Source of the DNA: an uncultured virus (IMG/VR IMGVR_UViG_3300005239_000276)
Taxonomy: Duplodnaviria; Heunggongvirae; Uroviricota; Caudoviricetes
DNA length: 64,000 nt
IMG/VR virus record: IMGVR_UViG_3300005239_000276
Direction: 5' to 3' (one strand)
Position 1 is the first letter of the stretch, and each line of letters begins with the position of its first letter. The position numbers and the translations under genes are program-made. The notes below the pieces were generated by a model that was given only the letters and a program-made list of their open reading frames with translations, was not told where the DNA came from and did not search any database. This document shows, one piece after another, positions 19,122 through 28,439 of the stretch.

Positions 19122-20834
19122 TCAGGACATCATACGTGAAAAACCTTTGACTTTCTCAAACCTTATGACACTTTGGAACTTGTCATGTAAGTCTGACTTA
19201 TGAGAGATGACGAATATATTAGCATCCTTTATCACATAACGAATAATTTTTAGGAACTCTTCGGTTCCAAATCCATCGAGTGAAGAGTCAAATACTTCGT
19301 CCATAATCAACAGGTTAGTGTTTACGGAATTTTTGAGTCTCGCAACTTCTCTCCAAGTGAAGAGTAGAGCCAAATCTACACGCATTTTTTCACCTTCACT
19401 AAAAGAACTATAAGAAAAGTTTTCGTGAATAGGTGACTCAATGGTTTCACCGAACTCCTCATCAAGTTTGAAGTTGATGTAGAAGTCCATCATTTGAAGA
19501 TAACGATTAACCTGCTGATTGATGAATGGAAGATACTTCTTGATGATTTTTGTTTTTACGCCATCGTCCCGAAGAAGGGAATAGGCAAAATCGTAATGAA
19601 CGATTTCTTGTTTTTTGTCTGAAAGATATTCAATTGTCTTTTGGAGATTGTCTTTAAACTGCTCTAATTTCTCATTCTCAGTATTTCTGTTTTGTAAGTT
19701 ACTGGTAATAGTTTGAATTTCATGTTCAAGATCTCTGATTTGTCTCTGGTTGAGGGAAATCCGAGTATTGTTTTGAGAAATGCCATGCGTTAACTTTGTA
19801 ATCTCCTTAGATAGGGAATTGAATTGACGCTCTCGTTCCTGTTCGAACTTGATTGTTTCTTCAAGATCTTCATAACCTTTTTTGAGTTCCTTTGCTTTAT
19901 TTTGAACGTCACTAATTCTATTTACACGAAACTCTTCTTCTATGTCTTGTGTGCAGGTAGGGCAGACCGTATTTTCTGTGAAGAACTTATGCTCTTTAGT
20001 AATGGTTGCAACCTTCTGAGAAATTTTACCTTTAAGATTGTTTAGTTTTGATAACTTTTCACGAGCACCAATAACTTCTTCCTGTTCTTTTGTGAATTTA
20101 TGAATGTCTTCTTCTATGACAGCATTATCTCTCATATAAACTTCGACTTCACCATCTAACTTATCAATTTTATCATTGTTAGATTTTATATTTGCATTAC
20201 CACGACTTTCAAGTTCTTCAATAAACTCTTCCTGCATCTTCATCTTATCTTTAAGATTATCTTTTTTGATATCTAAAGATTTGATTTGTTCTTTCTTTGT
20301 GCGAATATTATCTTTGATAAGACTATTCATCGCAGAGAATATACGAATATCCAATAAGTCCTCAATTACCTCACGACGATTGGCAGTCGTCAATTGCATA
20401 AAAGGGACAAAGGTACTACTACCAAGTATAACAATTTGTGTAAACGACTTATAATTTACTTTAAGAATACTCTCCTCAAGAATGCGTTGATTGGCACGAT
20501 CATCTGCTTCCTTATGAAGTGGATTACCATTCACTTCAATATCAAAGATATTTGGTTTGATTCCACGACGAACCAAATAGTCACGACTATTCACAGAGAA
20601 CTCAATCTCTACTAAACAATCCCTCTCATTTGTAGCATTCGCAAGTTGTGGTTTATTAATCTTACGAAATGGTTTATTGAATAATACAAATGTAAGTGCA
20701 TCTAACATCGTAGATTTACCTGCACCATTTGTTCCAATAATCAAATTAGTATGATGTTGTTGAAAGTCAATCTCTGTAAATTGATTGCCGGAACTTAAAA
20801 AGTTCTTATATCTAATTTTTTGAAAGGTTATCAT
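19122..20834 (-). CDS. gp46: Recombination endonuclease ATPase subunit (Rad50/SbcC-like)
   Basis: GTNGAGKST, zinc hook CPTC, SFSEGEK, LLIMDEVFDSSLD, ISHK. Confidence 0.97.
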   Translation of the reverse strand: MITFQKIRYKNFLSSGNQFTEIDFQQHHTNLIIGTNGAGKSTMLDALTFVLFNKPFRKINKPQLANATNERDCLVEIEFSVNSRDYLVRRGIKPNIFDIEVNGNPLHKEADDRANQRILEESILKVNYKSFTQIVILGSSTFVPFMQLTTANRREVIEDLLDIRIFSAMNSLIKDNIRTKKEQIKSLDIKKDNLKDKMKMQEEFIEELESRGNANIKSNNDKIDKLDGEVEVYMRDNAVIEEDIHKFTKEQEEVIGAREKLSKLNNLKGKISQKVATITKEHKFFTENTVCPTCTQDIEEEFRVNRISDVQNKAKELKKGYEDLEETIKFEQERERQFNSLSKEITKLTHGISQNNTRISLNQRQIRDLEHEIQTITSNLQNRNTENEKLEQFKDNLQKTIEYLSDKKQEIVHYDFAYSLLRDDGVKTKIIKKYLPFINQQVNRYLQMMDFYINFKLDEEFGETIESPIHENFSYSSFSEGEKMRVDLALLFTWREVARLKNSVNTNLLIMDEVFDSSLDGFGTEEFLKIIRYVIKDANIFVISHKSDLHDKFQSVIRFEKVKGFSRMMS

Positions 20835-21087
20835 TCTTAGGAGGGATCACAATGTCATTAGGTGTAATAATCGTATAATTGTAGGAATGATACTTACAAG
20901 TTTTAATCGCAAGTTCATCATCAACTTCTACAATATCCATATCAGCATCTTCTTCGTCATATAGCATCATAGCATATCTTTCGGCATCATCTTCTTCTTC
21001 AAACAAAAATAACACTTTATGTCCGTGCTTATCCTGAACGGCATAAGCACCTTCATCTTTACCATCTTTGAGAGTTAGAAGATACAT
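20812..21087 (-). CDS. Conserved hypothetical protein between gp47 and gp46
   Basis: EGAYAV...LFLFEEEDDAERYA. Confidence 0.75.
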   Translation of the reverse strand: MYLLTLKDGKDEGAYAVQDKHGHKVLFLFEEEDDAERYAMMLYDEEDADMDIVEVDDELAIKTCKYHSYNYTIITPNDIVIPPKNDNLSKN

Positions 21088-22122
21088 TTACTCCACTTCG
21101 CAAGCCTGACTATACAAATCTTGGAAGATACCTTTGATAATGTTTTTATCAAGATCAAATTCAGATTCTTCAATATATCGATTTAGAATTGAAAGTGTAT
21201 TCTCTTCTTCATCAATATCAAATTCTTCAGACTCTTGAATTTCAAAGTTCTCAATTATTTTTAAATCATGAACTCCAACCGTATAAAGTTTATCAATAAA
21301 CTTCTCAAAATCTTTAGGTTTTGTTTTTTTACGGACAATAACCTTTACAATTTTGTTTTCATATTCAGTTGCATTGAAGAGTTTATGATTGGTATCTTCG
21401 TAATAGATGTTATAAAATAATTTATAAGGATTATTAACTGGGGTATGAGTGAGGGTTTCCGTATCAAAGATATGAAATCCTCTTGTATCATTTACATCAT
21501 TCCAATACATCTCATAAGGATTTCCTAGGTAGAAGATTTTTCCGTTGTCTGATCGAGTGTGATAGTGTCCCGAGAATACCTTTTCGAACTTCTCAAATAG
21601 TTTGCAGTCCATACCGTCTTCCATGACGTGGCCACGATGAGCTCTAAATCCGTTGAGCTCAAGGTGCCCCATCGCACATATGCTAGATGTATTTTTAATA
21701 GATTTGACAGTATTCTCAAAGTTCTCTGCATTGATCCAAGGTATAAACAGTATTTTTAATTTATCTAAAGTAATCTCTGATACTTCACTATATGTCTTAA
21801 TATTATTATAAGTCTGTAGAAGAAGTTCTGGAGAGTTTACATTATTAGTATTCTTATAATAACAATCATGATTACCAATAATCATATGAACATTACAATT
21901 TTTGAGTCTGTCAAATACAACTCTCTTTGACCACTCAAGACTTTGATAATCAATTGACTTGCGACTATCAAAGGCATCACCCATATGAACCACAGTATCA
22001 ATTCCTTCTGCTTCTAAAGTAGGAAAGAACACATCATCATAGAACTTCTCAAAATGATCATGCAGGTGCTTAGATCCCTTCCTCGCACCATAATGACTGT
22101 CAGTAATAATGGCGATCTTCAT
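21088..22122 (-). CDS. gp47: Recombination endonuclease nuclease subunit (Mre11/SbcD-like)
   Basis: ITDSHYG, HMGDAFD, GNHD, SGHYH. Confidence 0.97.
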   Translation of the reverse strand: MKIAIITDSHYGARKGSKHLHDHFEKFYDDVFFPTLEAEGIDTVVHMGDAFDSRKSIDYQSLEWSKRVVFDRLKNCNVHMIIGNHDCYYKNTNNVNSPELLLQTYNNIKTYSEVSEITLDKLKILFIPWINAENFENTVKSIKNTSSICAMGHLELNGFRAHRGHVMEDGMDCKLFEKFEKVFSGHYHTRSDNGKIFYLGNPYEMYWNDVNDTRGFHIFDTETLTHTPVNNPYKLFYNIYYEDTNHKLFNATEYENKIVKVIVRKKTKPKDFEKFIDKLYTVGVHDLKIIENFEIQESEEFDIDEEENTLSILNRYIEESEFDLDKNIIKGIFQDLYSQACEVE

Positions 22123-22643
22123 CGATTTTTATATTGAATTGCATCTTTAATTGAATTATACTCTGAACTATGCCCAGAAAGCAAGCTATCGTCAATAACC
22201 ATTACTTCATCAAATCCAGTCTTCTCAATAATCTTAGTCTTTATTTCCAATTGCTTCTTCTCCTTCTGTATACGTCTCAGAAAGGCAAAATGTATAATCT
22301 GAGTAAAGTATGCGAAAGGGTTCTTAGACCTTTCTGGATCGAAATTATGAATGTACTGAACGCAATTTTCAATCCCATCAGAAATCATATCTTCACGGAA
22401 CATATAGTTCACAAAGTTAGGTTTATAAGAGAGGTGTGTAGCAATTTTAAGAAAACACTCACCAAGATAGTTTGGAATTGGTGGTTTACCCTCCCATCTT
22501 TTACCTCTTTCCTGTTTCGGAAACTCAGTGAGATCTTTATTGAAAGTCTTCATATATGATTTTTCCACCTTATCTCGATAGACAATCATTGCCTCCAATA
22601 ACTCTTTATTATTTACATAATGTTCTGATTTCTTTTTGGGCAT
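22119..22643 (-). CDS. gp55: Late-transcription sigma factor
   Basis: HYVNNKE, IATHLSYKPNFVNY, DMISDGIENC, NPFAYFTQI, AFLRRIQKEKKQ. Confidence 0.96.
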   Translation of the reverse strand: MPKKKSEHYVNNKELLEAMIVYRDKVEKSYMKTFNKDLTEFPKQERGKRWEGKPPIPNYLGECFLKIATHLSYKPNFVNYMFREDMISDGIENCVQYIHNFDPERSKNPFAYFTQIIHFAFLRRIQKEKKQLEIKTKIIEKTGFDEVMVIDDSLLSGHSSEYNSIKDAIQYKNR

Positions 22644-22698
22644 AATTCATTACTCTTTAAAGTATAAGTTATTTAATTATACCATACTTTACAGGGGC

Positions 22699-22727
22699 TT
22701 GACAGAACACTCAATTATCAGTAGAAT
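22699..22727 (+). promoter_or_regulatory. Sigma70-consensus promoter on the non-coding (+) strand, back-to-back with an extended -10 promoter for gp55
   Basis: TTGACA(22699-22704)-17 bp-TAGAAT(22722-22727); minus strand TGGTATAAT near 22676-22684. Confidence 0.6.
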
Positions 22728-22754
22728 ACCTTTGTTAGGGTTGAAGAGGGGGGC

Positions 22755-23192
22755 TTAGCTTTCTTTAGTATCTTCAAGTTTAAAGATATTCTCTAGAGTT
22801 TTTCTTGCTTCTTCTACCGTTGATAAGTATCCCATCTTTCTAGAAGGTCTAACATCACCTTTAGGTTTTTCATTAGAGGAAGATTGAGAATTATAAATGT
22901 CCATATCATCTTCATCTTCAATATAGTTAGTATATATCTCAATCATTCTTTCATCATGAGTTTCTGTCATAGTAAGAATTTTATCAGGTCTTACAATAAA
23001 GAAATCATCAGATGCTAATTCCATCCATGATTTAACTTTAACATGCATTCCATTTCGAGAATGTAAAAGTTTCATTGTGATTGGATTCTGCATCACAACT
23101 AAAGGATCTCCATCATTCTCATCTATTGAAACTAGTGATAATACTTCTTCACCAGATACTAGTTTTATAATTGCGTAAAATTCATCTCCCAT
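22755..23192 (-). CDS. Conserved hypothetical (Sm-like) protein between uvsW and gp55
   Basis: FYAIIKLVSGEEV, KMGYLSTVEEARKTLE. Confidence 0.8.
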   Translation of the reverse strand: MGDEFYAIIKLVSGEEVLSLVSIDENDGDPLVVMQNPITMKLLHSRNGMHVKVKSWMELASDDFFIVRPDKILTMTETHDERMIEIYTNYIEDEDDMDIYNSQSSSNEKPKGDVRPSRKMGYLSTVEEARKTLENIFKLEDTKES

Positions 23193-24647
23193 TAGTTCTT
23201 TAGTGGTATGTTTACAATATCGTAATTAAAATTCTCTTCGTTATAAACTTTAATTCTTTCGATTAGATGATTAAGGGTATAGTTCCTCCTGGATTTGTAG
23301 GATATGTCGTCAGCAATGTCATAGAGAGTTGCCTTGGTCTTGTTATTACCTTTCCTAAGCACCCTTCCAATAGACTGGAGATTCCGAATTCTAGATTTGG
23401 ATGGAGAAGCAAAAATGACATTGTGGAGATTCTTGATATTAATTCCTGTACTGAATGTTCCATATGATGCAACAATAATTGCATTATTTTCTTTTTCAGT
23501 AATCTCCCTTACTTGTTCTCGATCCTTTGTATCTACTCCACCATGGACAAAAAATACTTGTCTTTCATCAACCGTATTATTATTTATCATGTGATAAAGT
23601 GGTTCACCATGACCCTCAACTCTTGCAAAAAGAACAAGAGTATTTCCTTTGAGATCTAGTGCAAGATTTCTTATGAACTTATTTCTACGATCATGATTGA
23701 TAATATATTGAACTTCTTCCTCAAAGTTTTCAAATTTATGTGCTGGGTGCTTCAGTAGAAGTACATTGATATCCAGTTTAGCAACATGACCCTTCGCCAT
23801 TAACTCTTCGGTACGAATAATTTTGTACGAAGCACCAAACAACCCCTCAAGAACCCATTTATGAGTTTGTGTTCCATCTAGTGTTCCAGTAAAACCAAAA
23901 CGATATTTTGCATCAGCAAGTTTTGACATTATAGATATTAATGACTTTGATTTAAACTGGTGTGCTTCGTCTCCGATAACTACATTAAATCTAGAAAAGT
24001 ATTTGCGAGGAAGTTTGTAATAGACTGCCAGGTAGTATAATGACTTGAGATCTGTTCTCTTTCTTTTCCTGCGTAGATCTTGTGACAATATGAACCTACA
24101 TCCCAACCATAGTCTGCAAGTCTTTATACATCTGCTCTACTAGCGAAGTCGTCGGAACGACTATCAGAATATTTGTTCTTCTCAACGTAATATCTCACAA
24201 GAGAATATATCATCAGAGACTTTCCAGAAGCAGTTGGGGATATCAACAACTTTCTATTATGTTTAAGGCGTCGTATACTCCCTCAACTTGGTAATCTCTC
24301 GGAGAATACTTACAAATAGCATTCATATAATCTTTTACACCTTCCTTTGAGATAAAATCATTTGCCTCAAAAGGAAGACCATAATACTTATTATCTACAA
24401 ACTCATAAGTATATCCGTGGTCATCACAAAACTTTGTAATCTTATCTAACAACCCAACATAAATCTCTCCGGTTTGGGTATTAAATAATCTTATCTTTCC
24501 ATCCCAGTATTTACTACGATACGAGGACATAAACTTTGCACCAGGAACCTCAAAGGTAAACTGGTCTGATAATTCGTAGTATACATGAGGTTCTGCCTTA
24601 ACCTGTAAATATACTTCATTCTTTTTTGATATAATCAAATGAGACAT
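23192..24647 (-). CDS. uvsW: SF2 helicase UvsW (several apparent frameshifts between about 24030 and 24260)
   Basis: YWDGKIRLF, PRDYQ, SPTASGKSL (alternate frame), GDEAH, GFTGT, ASYGTFSTG, QSIGRVLR. Confidence 0.93.
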
Positions 24648-24669
24648 AACTCATAGGTTCACCTACAAG

Positions 24670-24676
24670 TATTTAG
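24670..24676 (-). promoter_or_regulatory. T4-type late promoter variant CTAAATA upstream of uvsW
   Basis: Motif about 25 nt upstream of the start codon. Confidence 0.55.
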
Positions 24677-24864
24677 TTCATGTTGTCAAACTGATGTTCT
24701 AAAATAAGTCTATAAAAATTATCTCTCATTGCAATTAAGTTTACTTGTTCTTCTGGTTCTCCACCAGACCATTTTTGAACTGCTTGTCTAAGACCTTCAT
24801 GAATGAGACGAATACCTTGAATATTTAATTCAATATTATAATAGTTTCCTTCTTCTTTGTCCAT
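24673..24864 (-). CDS. Small hypothetical protein
   Basis: 63 aa, TAATG-coupled to uvsY. Confidence 0.65.
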   Translation of the reverse strand: MDKEEGNYYNIELNIQGIRLIHEGLRQAVQKWSGGEPEEQVNLIAMRDNFYRLILEHQFDNMN

Positions 24865-25295
24865 TAGTTAAAACCTGCTTGGAATTTGTGCCAGTCTATT
24901 GCGTTTTTAATTTGGAAAGTTCTATTCGAAACTGTCTTGATAATCTCTTCTAAGAACTTAAGCATCACATCATAATAACGAACTTTGAGGTCAATAGTAT
25001 TTAACTTCTCATCGGCATCCATATACCTCTGTAATGCCTCTTTATCTCTAACTTTGTATGGGAATGGTTCTTCGGCATAAACCTCTGCTGTTGCCTTTCC
25101 TGTGTAGTAATTATATCTTTCTAATTTTACTCGATTATAAGTTCCTCTTGCTTTCTCTCTCAAAAGAGTGATGGTATTATATAAAGTATAATATTTTGAA
25201 TGAAGTTGTGGAATTTTTAATGATTCATCATGTAGGTTATCGGGGTCGATTTGGGAATCTTTTTCCCACATCTCCTGAATTTGGTCAAGGTTCAT
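24864..25295 (-). CDS. uvsY: Recombination mediator UvsY
   Basis: WEKDSQID, IPQLHSKY, RTFQIKNAIDW. Confidence 0.92.
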   Translation of the reverse strand: MNLDQIQEMWEKDSQIDPDNLHDESLKIPQLHSKYYTLYNTITLLREKARGTYNRVKLERYNYYTGKATAEVYAEEPFPYKVRDKEALQRYMDADEKLNTIDLKVRYYDVMLKFLEEIIKTVSNRTFQIKNAIDWHKFQAGFN

Positions 25296-25840
25296 AAGGG
25301 TGTTCTGTTATCAGCAGCTAGTATATTATAGATAGTATACTTGAAAGTTGCCTCTGCTGTAAAGTAATTGATATCAGTATCACTTGCTTGAAATTCGAGA
25401 GAAGTCAAATATATCGGAAATAAATCTTTAAATTTAACAATAGCAATATCATTGAAATTACTGTTTAAAATGTGAAGACTACCATCACTGAATTGTCTAT
25501 TTAAATCTCTTAAATCATTATCATCGGTTGTTAAATCTTTAAATTGTTGAGTTGTTTCTGGATAACCCAAACCAGTCAACCAGTTATGAATTGCCATGTA
25601 ATTCTCTAAGTTTTCGTCAACTAGAAAACTTAGAGAAAAATCACCATAAGATAACTTATCTCCAGGAATATCAATATCCTTGAGATATGATGGTTGTGTT
25701 GCAGTTCCAAGATTGATTTCAGGAATTCTAGCAGAATTTGCAAAAAAAGAAACTTTTTTTTCTTTTGCTAATGTAAACTTAAAACCAACCGGAGATAGGA
25801 AGTTCCTATTGTTTATTTGGTTGGGAAAATTGCAAGTCAT
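25292..25840 (-). CDS. gp3: Tail tube terminator/completion protein
   Basis: NRNFLSPVGFKF, PGDKLSY, FLVDENLENY; CTAAATA at 25850-25856. Confidence 0.9.
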   Translation of the reverse strand: MTCNFPNQINNRNFLSPVGFKFTLAKEKKVSFFANSARIPEINLGTATQPSYLKDIDIPGDKLSYGDFSLSFLVDENLENYMAIHNWLTGLGYPETTQQFKDLTTDDNDLRDLNRQFSDGSLHILNSNFNDIAIVKFKDLFPIYLTSLEFQASDTDINYFTAEATFKYTIYNILAADNRTPL

Positions 25841-25858
25841 TTTTATTTTTATTTAGAT

Positions 25859-25885
25859 AAAAAAAAGACCCCCCGAAGGAGGTCT
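25859..25885 (-). terminator. Rho-independent terminator after gp23
   Basis: AGACCTCC-TTCG-GGGGGTCT followed by a T run. Confidence 0.9.
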
Positions 25886-25912
25886 GTGAGTGTGAATACC
25901 CTTAGGCAAATA

Positions 25913-27286
25913 TCACATAAGGTTTTGAACTTTGACTCTTCTGTAGTAACGGTTTGCGTTAGTCTCCAGTCTACCAGAGTTGTTAACTTCTCCAGTTCTT
26001 GCACCATCAGCAAATGGGTTAGAAACAATACCGTAACGAGTCTTGAATCCGATTTTAGGCTGGAAGGTGTTCTCTCCAACTGCACGAACCATCTGAAGAG
26101 GAACGTAAGGGCAATAGAACAGACCTGCGTCATAAGGTGAAGAACCTTTATAACCAGCAATGTAATACTGATCAGCAGAAACGTTTGCAGAATAAGGATC
26201 GATATAGACCTTATACTTACCAGCAAGAACACCTGCGAAGGTGTTACCGGTGTCATCAACATTCAAGTTTGCATTGAGTGCAGGGGTGTAATCAAGTACA
26301 CCAGCCATGGTCAGTGCGGAAGCAACGTCTGCGGAACACAGAATCATGTTGCCCTTTCCTCTACGAGTTCTTTGTGCGATTGCGTTCGCATCTCTCTCGA
26401 TTTGGAAAATAAGACCTTTGAACTTCTCAACAGACCAACGACCGTTGGAGTCAACGTCAAGGTCGAAAGTACCGGCAGTAGCAACATTTGCTTGAGCACC
26501 AGGTTCAGCAACCTTATAGATGGTTCTGATGACTTCTCTGTTGATTTCCGCAAGGATTTCAGTGGAGAGAATGTTGGCAAGTTCTGCCTCGGCATTCAAA
26601 CCGTGGATTGCCTTGAGGTCTTGTGCCAGTTCCAGAGAATACTCTGCTTTCAGAGCACGGGACTTAGCAGTAACGGTGACTTTCTCAATCGAGAATGCCA
26701 TCTCGTTGAATGTCTGACCATCTCCAAGGCTTTCGGACATCGATGTGTCCATGCCCTGACCAACGCCATAAGCACCTTGGGTTTGAGCAGTTGGACTCAG
26801 AAGACCTGGATTGGAAGGATTACTTCCAGCAGCTTGTAAACCAGTAATTCCTAAACCAACGTTTGCTTCCTGACCAGCAACATATGGAGTAGCACTTCCG
26901 ATTCCACTGTTAGAGAATCCAGTATCTGCTTCGTCGAAGAGTGCTTCTGCACCACTTTGATTCGTGAAGCGTGAACGCATTGCGAAGATCAGTCCAGTAG
27001 GACCGTTCATCGGTTGAACACCTGCGAGGTCATATGCGACCAGGTTAGGCATTGCGCGTCTGATCAATGAGATCAGAACGGGATCGAAGTTATCAATACC
27101 AGCTCCGGTGGAGTTGGTAGGTGCTTCAGAAAGGAATTCTCTTTCCTCTCTGATCATTTTTTCTTGGTTCTCCAGAAGAACTGCGGTAACCATTCTCTTA
27201 TGAGCATCATTGATGCCTCCGAGACCCTCATGGTTGAGGATAGGTGCCCACTTCTCCTGAAGGTGTTCAGCATTGAAACCTTGCAT
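25913..27286 (-). CDS. gp23: Major capsid protein
   Basis: KWAPIL, GVQPMNGPTGLIFAMR, KSRALKAEYSLELAQDLKAIHGL, FQPKIGFKTRYG. Confidence 0.99.
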   Translation of the reverse strand: MQGFNAEHLQEKWAPILNHEGLGGINDAHKRMVTAVLLENQEKMIREEREFLSEAPTNSTGAGIDNFDPVLISLIRRAMPNLVAYDLAGVQPMNGPTGLIFAMRSRFTNQSGAEALFDEADTGFSNSGIGSATPYVAGQEANVGLGITGLQAAGSNPSNPGLLSPTAQTQGAYGVGQGMDTSMSESLGDGQTFNEMAFSIEKVTVTAKSRALKAEYSLELAQDLKAIHGLNAEAELANILSTEILAEINREVIRTIYKVAEPGAQANVATAGTFDLDVDSNGRWSVEKFKGLIFQIERDANAIAQRTRRGKGNMILCSADVASALTMAGVLDYTPALNANLNVDDTGNTFAGVLAGKYKVYIDPYSANVSADQYYIAGYKGSSPYDAGLFYCPYVPLQMVRAVGENTFQPKIGFKTRYGIVSNPFADGARTGEVNNSGRLETNANRYYRRVKVQNLM

Positions 27287-27333
27287 TTGAATTTACCTTG
27301 TTAAAAATTTTAGTTTGATTTATAATTAAAAAA

Positions 27334-27548
27334 TCACTTTTTAGAAACTCTAGTCAGAGTATCGAGATAGGATTCCATTAGACCAGTAACTGGTTGTGCA
27401 ATAGACTCTGAACTCTCGGAAATATTCTCTGAGTTGTCTCTTTGAGCACCAGCATTTTCTGGGAAATATGAATTTCTCAGAGTTGCCAGTTTCTCACGAT
27501 AGTTGTCTTCACTATCAAACTCAACATTTCCGGCAAGAGAGGCTAGTC
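27334..27548 (-). CDS. gp22: Prohead core scaffold protein, C-terminal fragment (rest in the gap)
   Basis: LASLAGNVEFDSEDNYREKLATLRNSYF...MESYL immediately upstream of gp23. Confidence 0.85.
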
Positions 27549-28439
27549 NNNNNNNNNNNNNNNNNNNNNNNNNNNNNNNNNNNNNNNNNNNNNNNNNNNN
27601 NNNNNNNNNNNNNNNNNNNNNNNNNNNNNNNNNNNNNNNNNNNNNNNNNNNNNNNNNNNNNNNNNNNNNNNNNNNNNNNNNNNNNNNNNNNNNNNNNNNN
27701 NNNNNNNNNNNNNNNNNNNNNNNNNNNNNNNNNNNNNNNNNNNNNNNNNNNNNNNNNNNNNNNNNNNNNNNNNNNNNNNNNNNNNNNNNNNNNNNNNNNN
27801 NNNNNNNNNNNNNNNNNNNNNNNNNNNNNNNNNNNNNNNNNNNNNNNNNNNNNNNNNNNNNNNNNNNNNNNNNNNNNNNNNNNNNNNNNNNNNNNNNNNN
27901 NNNNNNNNNNNNNNNNNNNNNNNNNNNNNNNNNNNNNNNNNNNNNNNNNNNNNNNNNNNNNNNNNNNNNNNNNNNNNNNNNNNNNNNNNNNNNNNNNNNN
28001 NNNNNNNNNNNNNNNNNNNNNNNNNNNNNNNNNNNNNNNNNNNNNNNNNNNNNNNNNNNNNNNNNNNNNNNNNNNNNNNNNNNNNNNNNNNNNNNNNNNN
28101 NNNNNNNNNNNNNNNNNNNNNNNNNNNNNNNNNNNNNNNNNNNNNNNNNNNNNNNNNNNNNNNNNNNNNNNNNNNNNNNNNNNNNNNNNNNNNNNNNNNN
28201 NNNNNNNNNNNNNNNNNNNNNNNNNNNNNNNNNNNNNNNNNNNNNNNNNNNNNNNNNNNNNNNNNNNNNNNNNNNNNNNNNNNNNNNNNNNNNNNNNNNN
28301 NNNNNNNNNNNNNNNNNNNNNNNNNNNNNNNNNNNNNNNNNNNNNNNNNNNNNNNNNNNNNNNNNNNNNNNNNNNNNNNNNNNNNNNNNNNNNNNNNNNN
28401 NNNNNNNNNNNNNNNNNNNNNNNNNNNNNNNNNNNNNNN
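27549..28439. other. Assembly gap (N run); expected to hide most of gp22 and prohead protease gp21
   Basis: Ns; gp21 is not found elsewhere in the window. Confidence 0.9.

Noticed and set aside
24030..24260. Intron or split gene in uvsW
   Set aside because: All helicase motifs are contiguous across frames with no inserted sequence; multiple small deletions.
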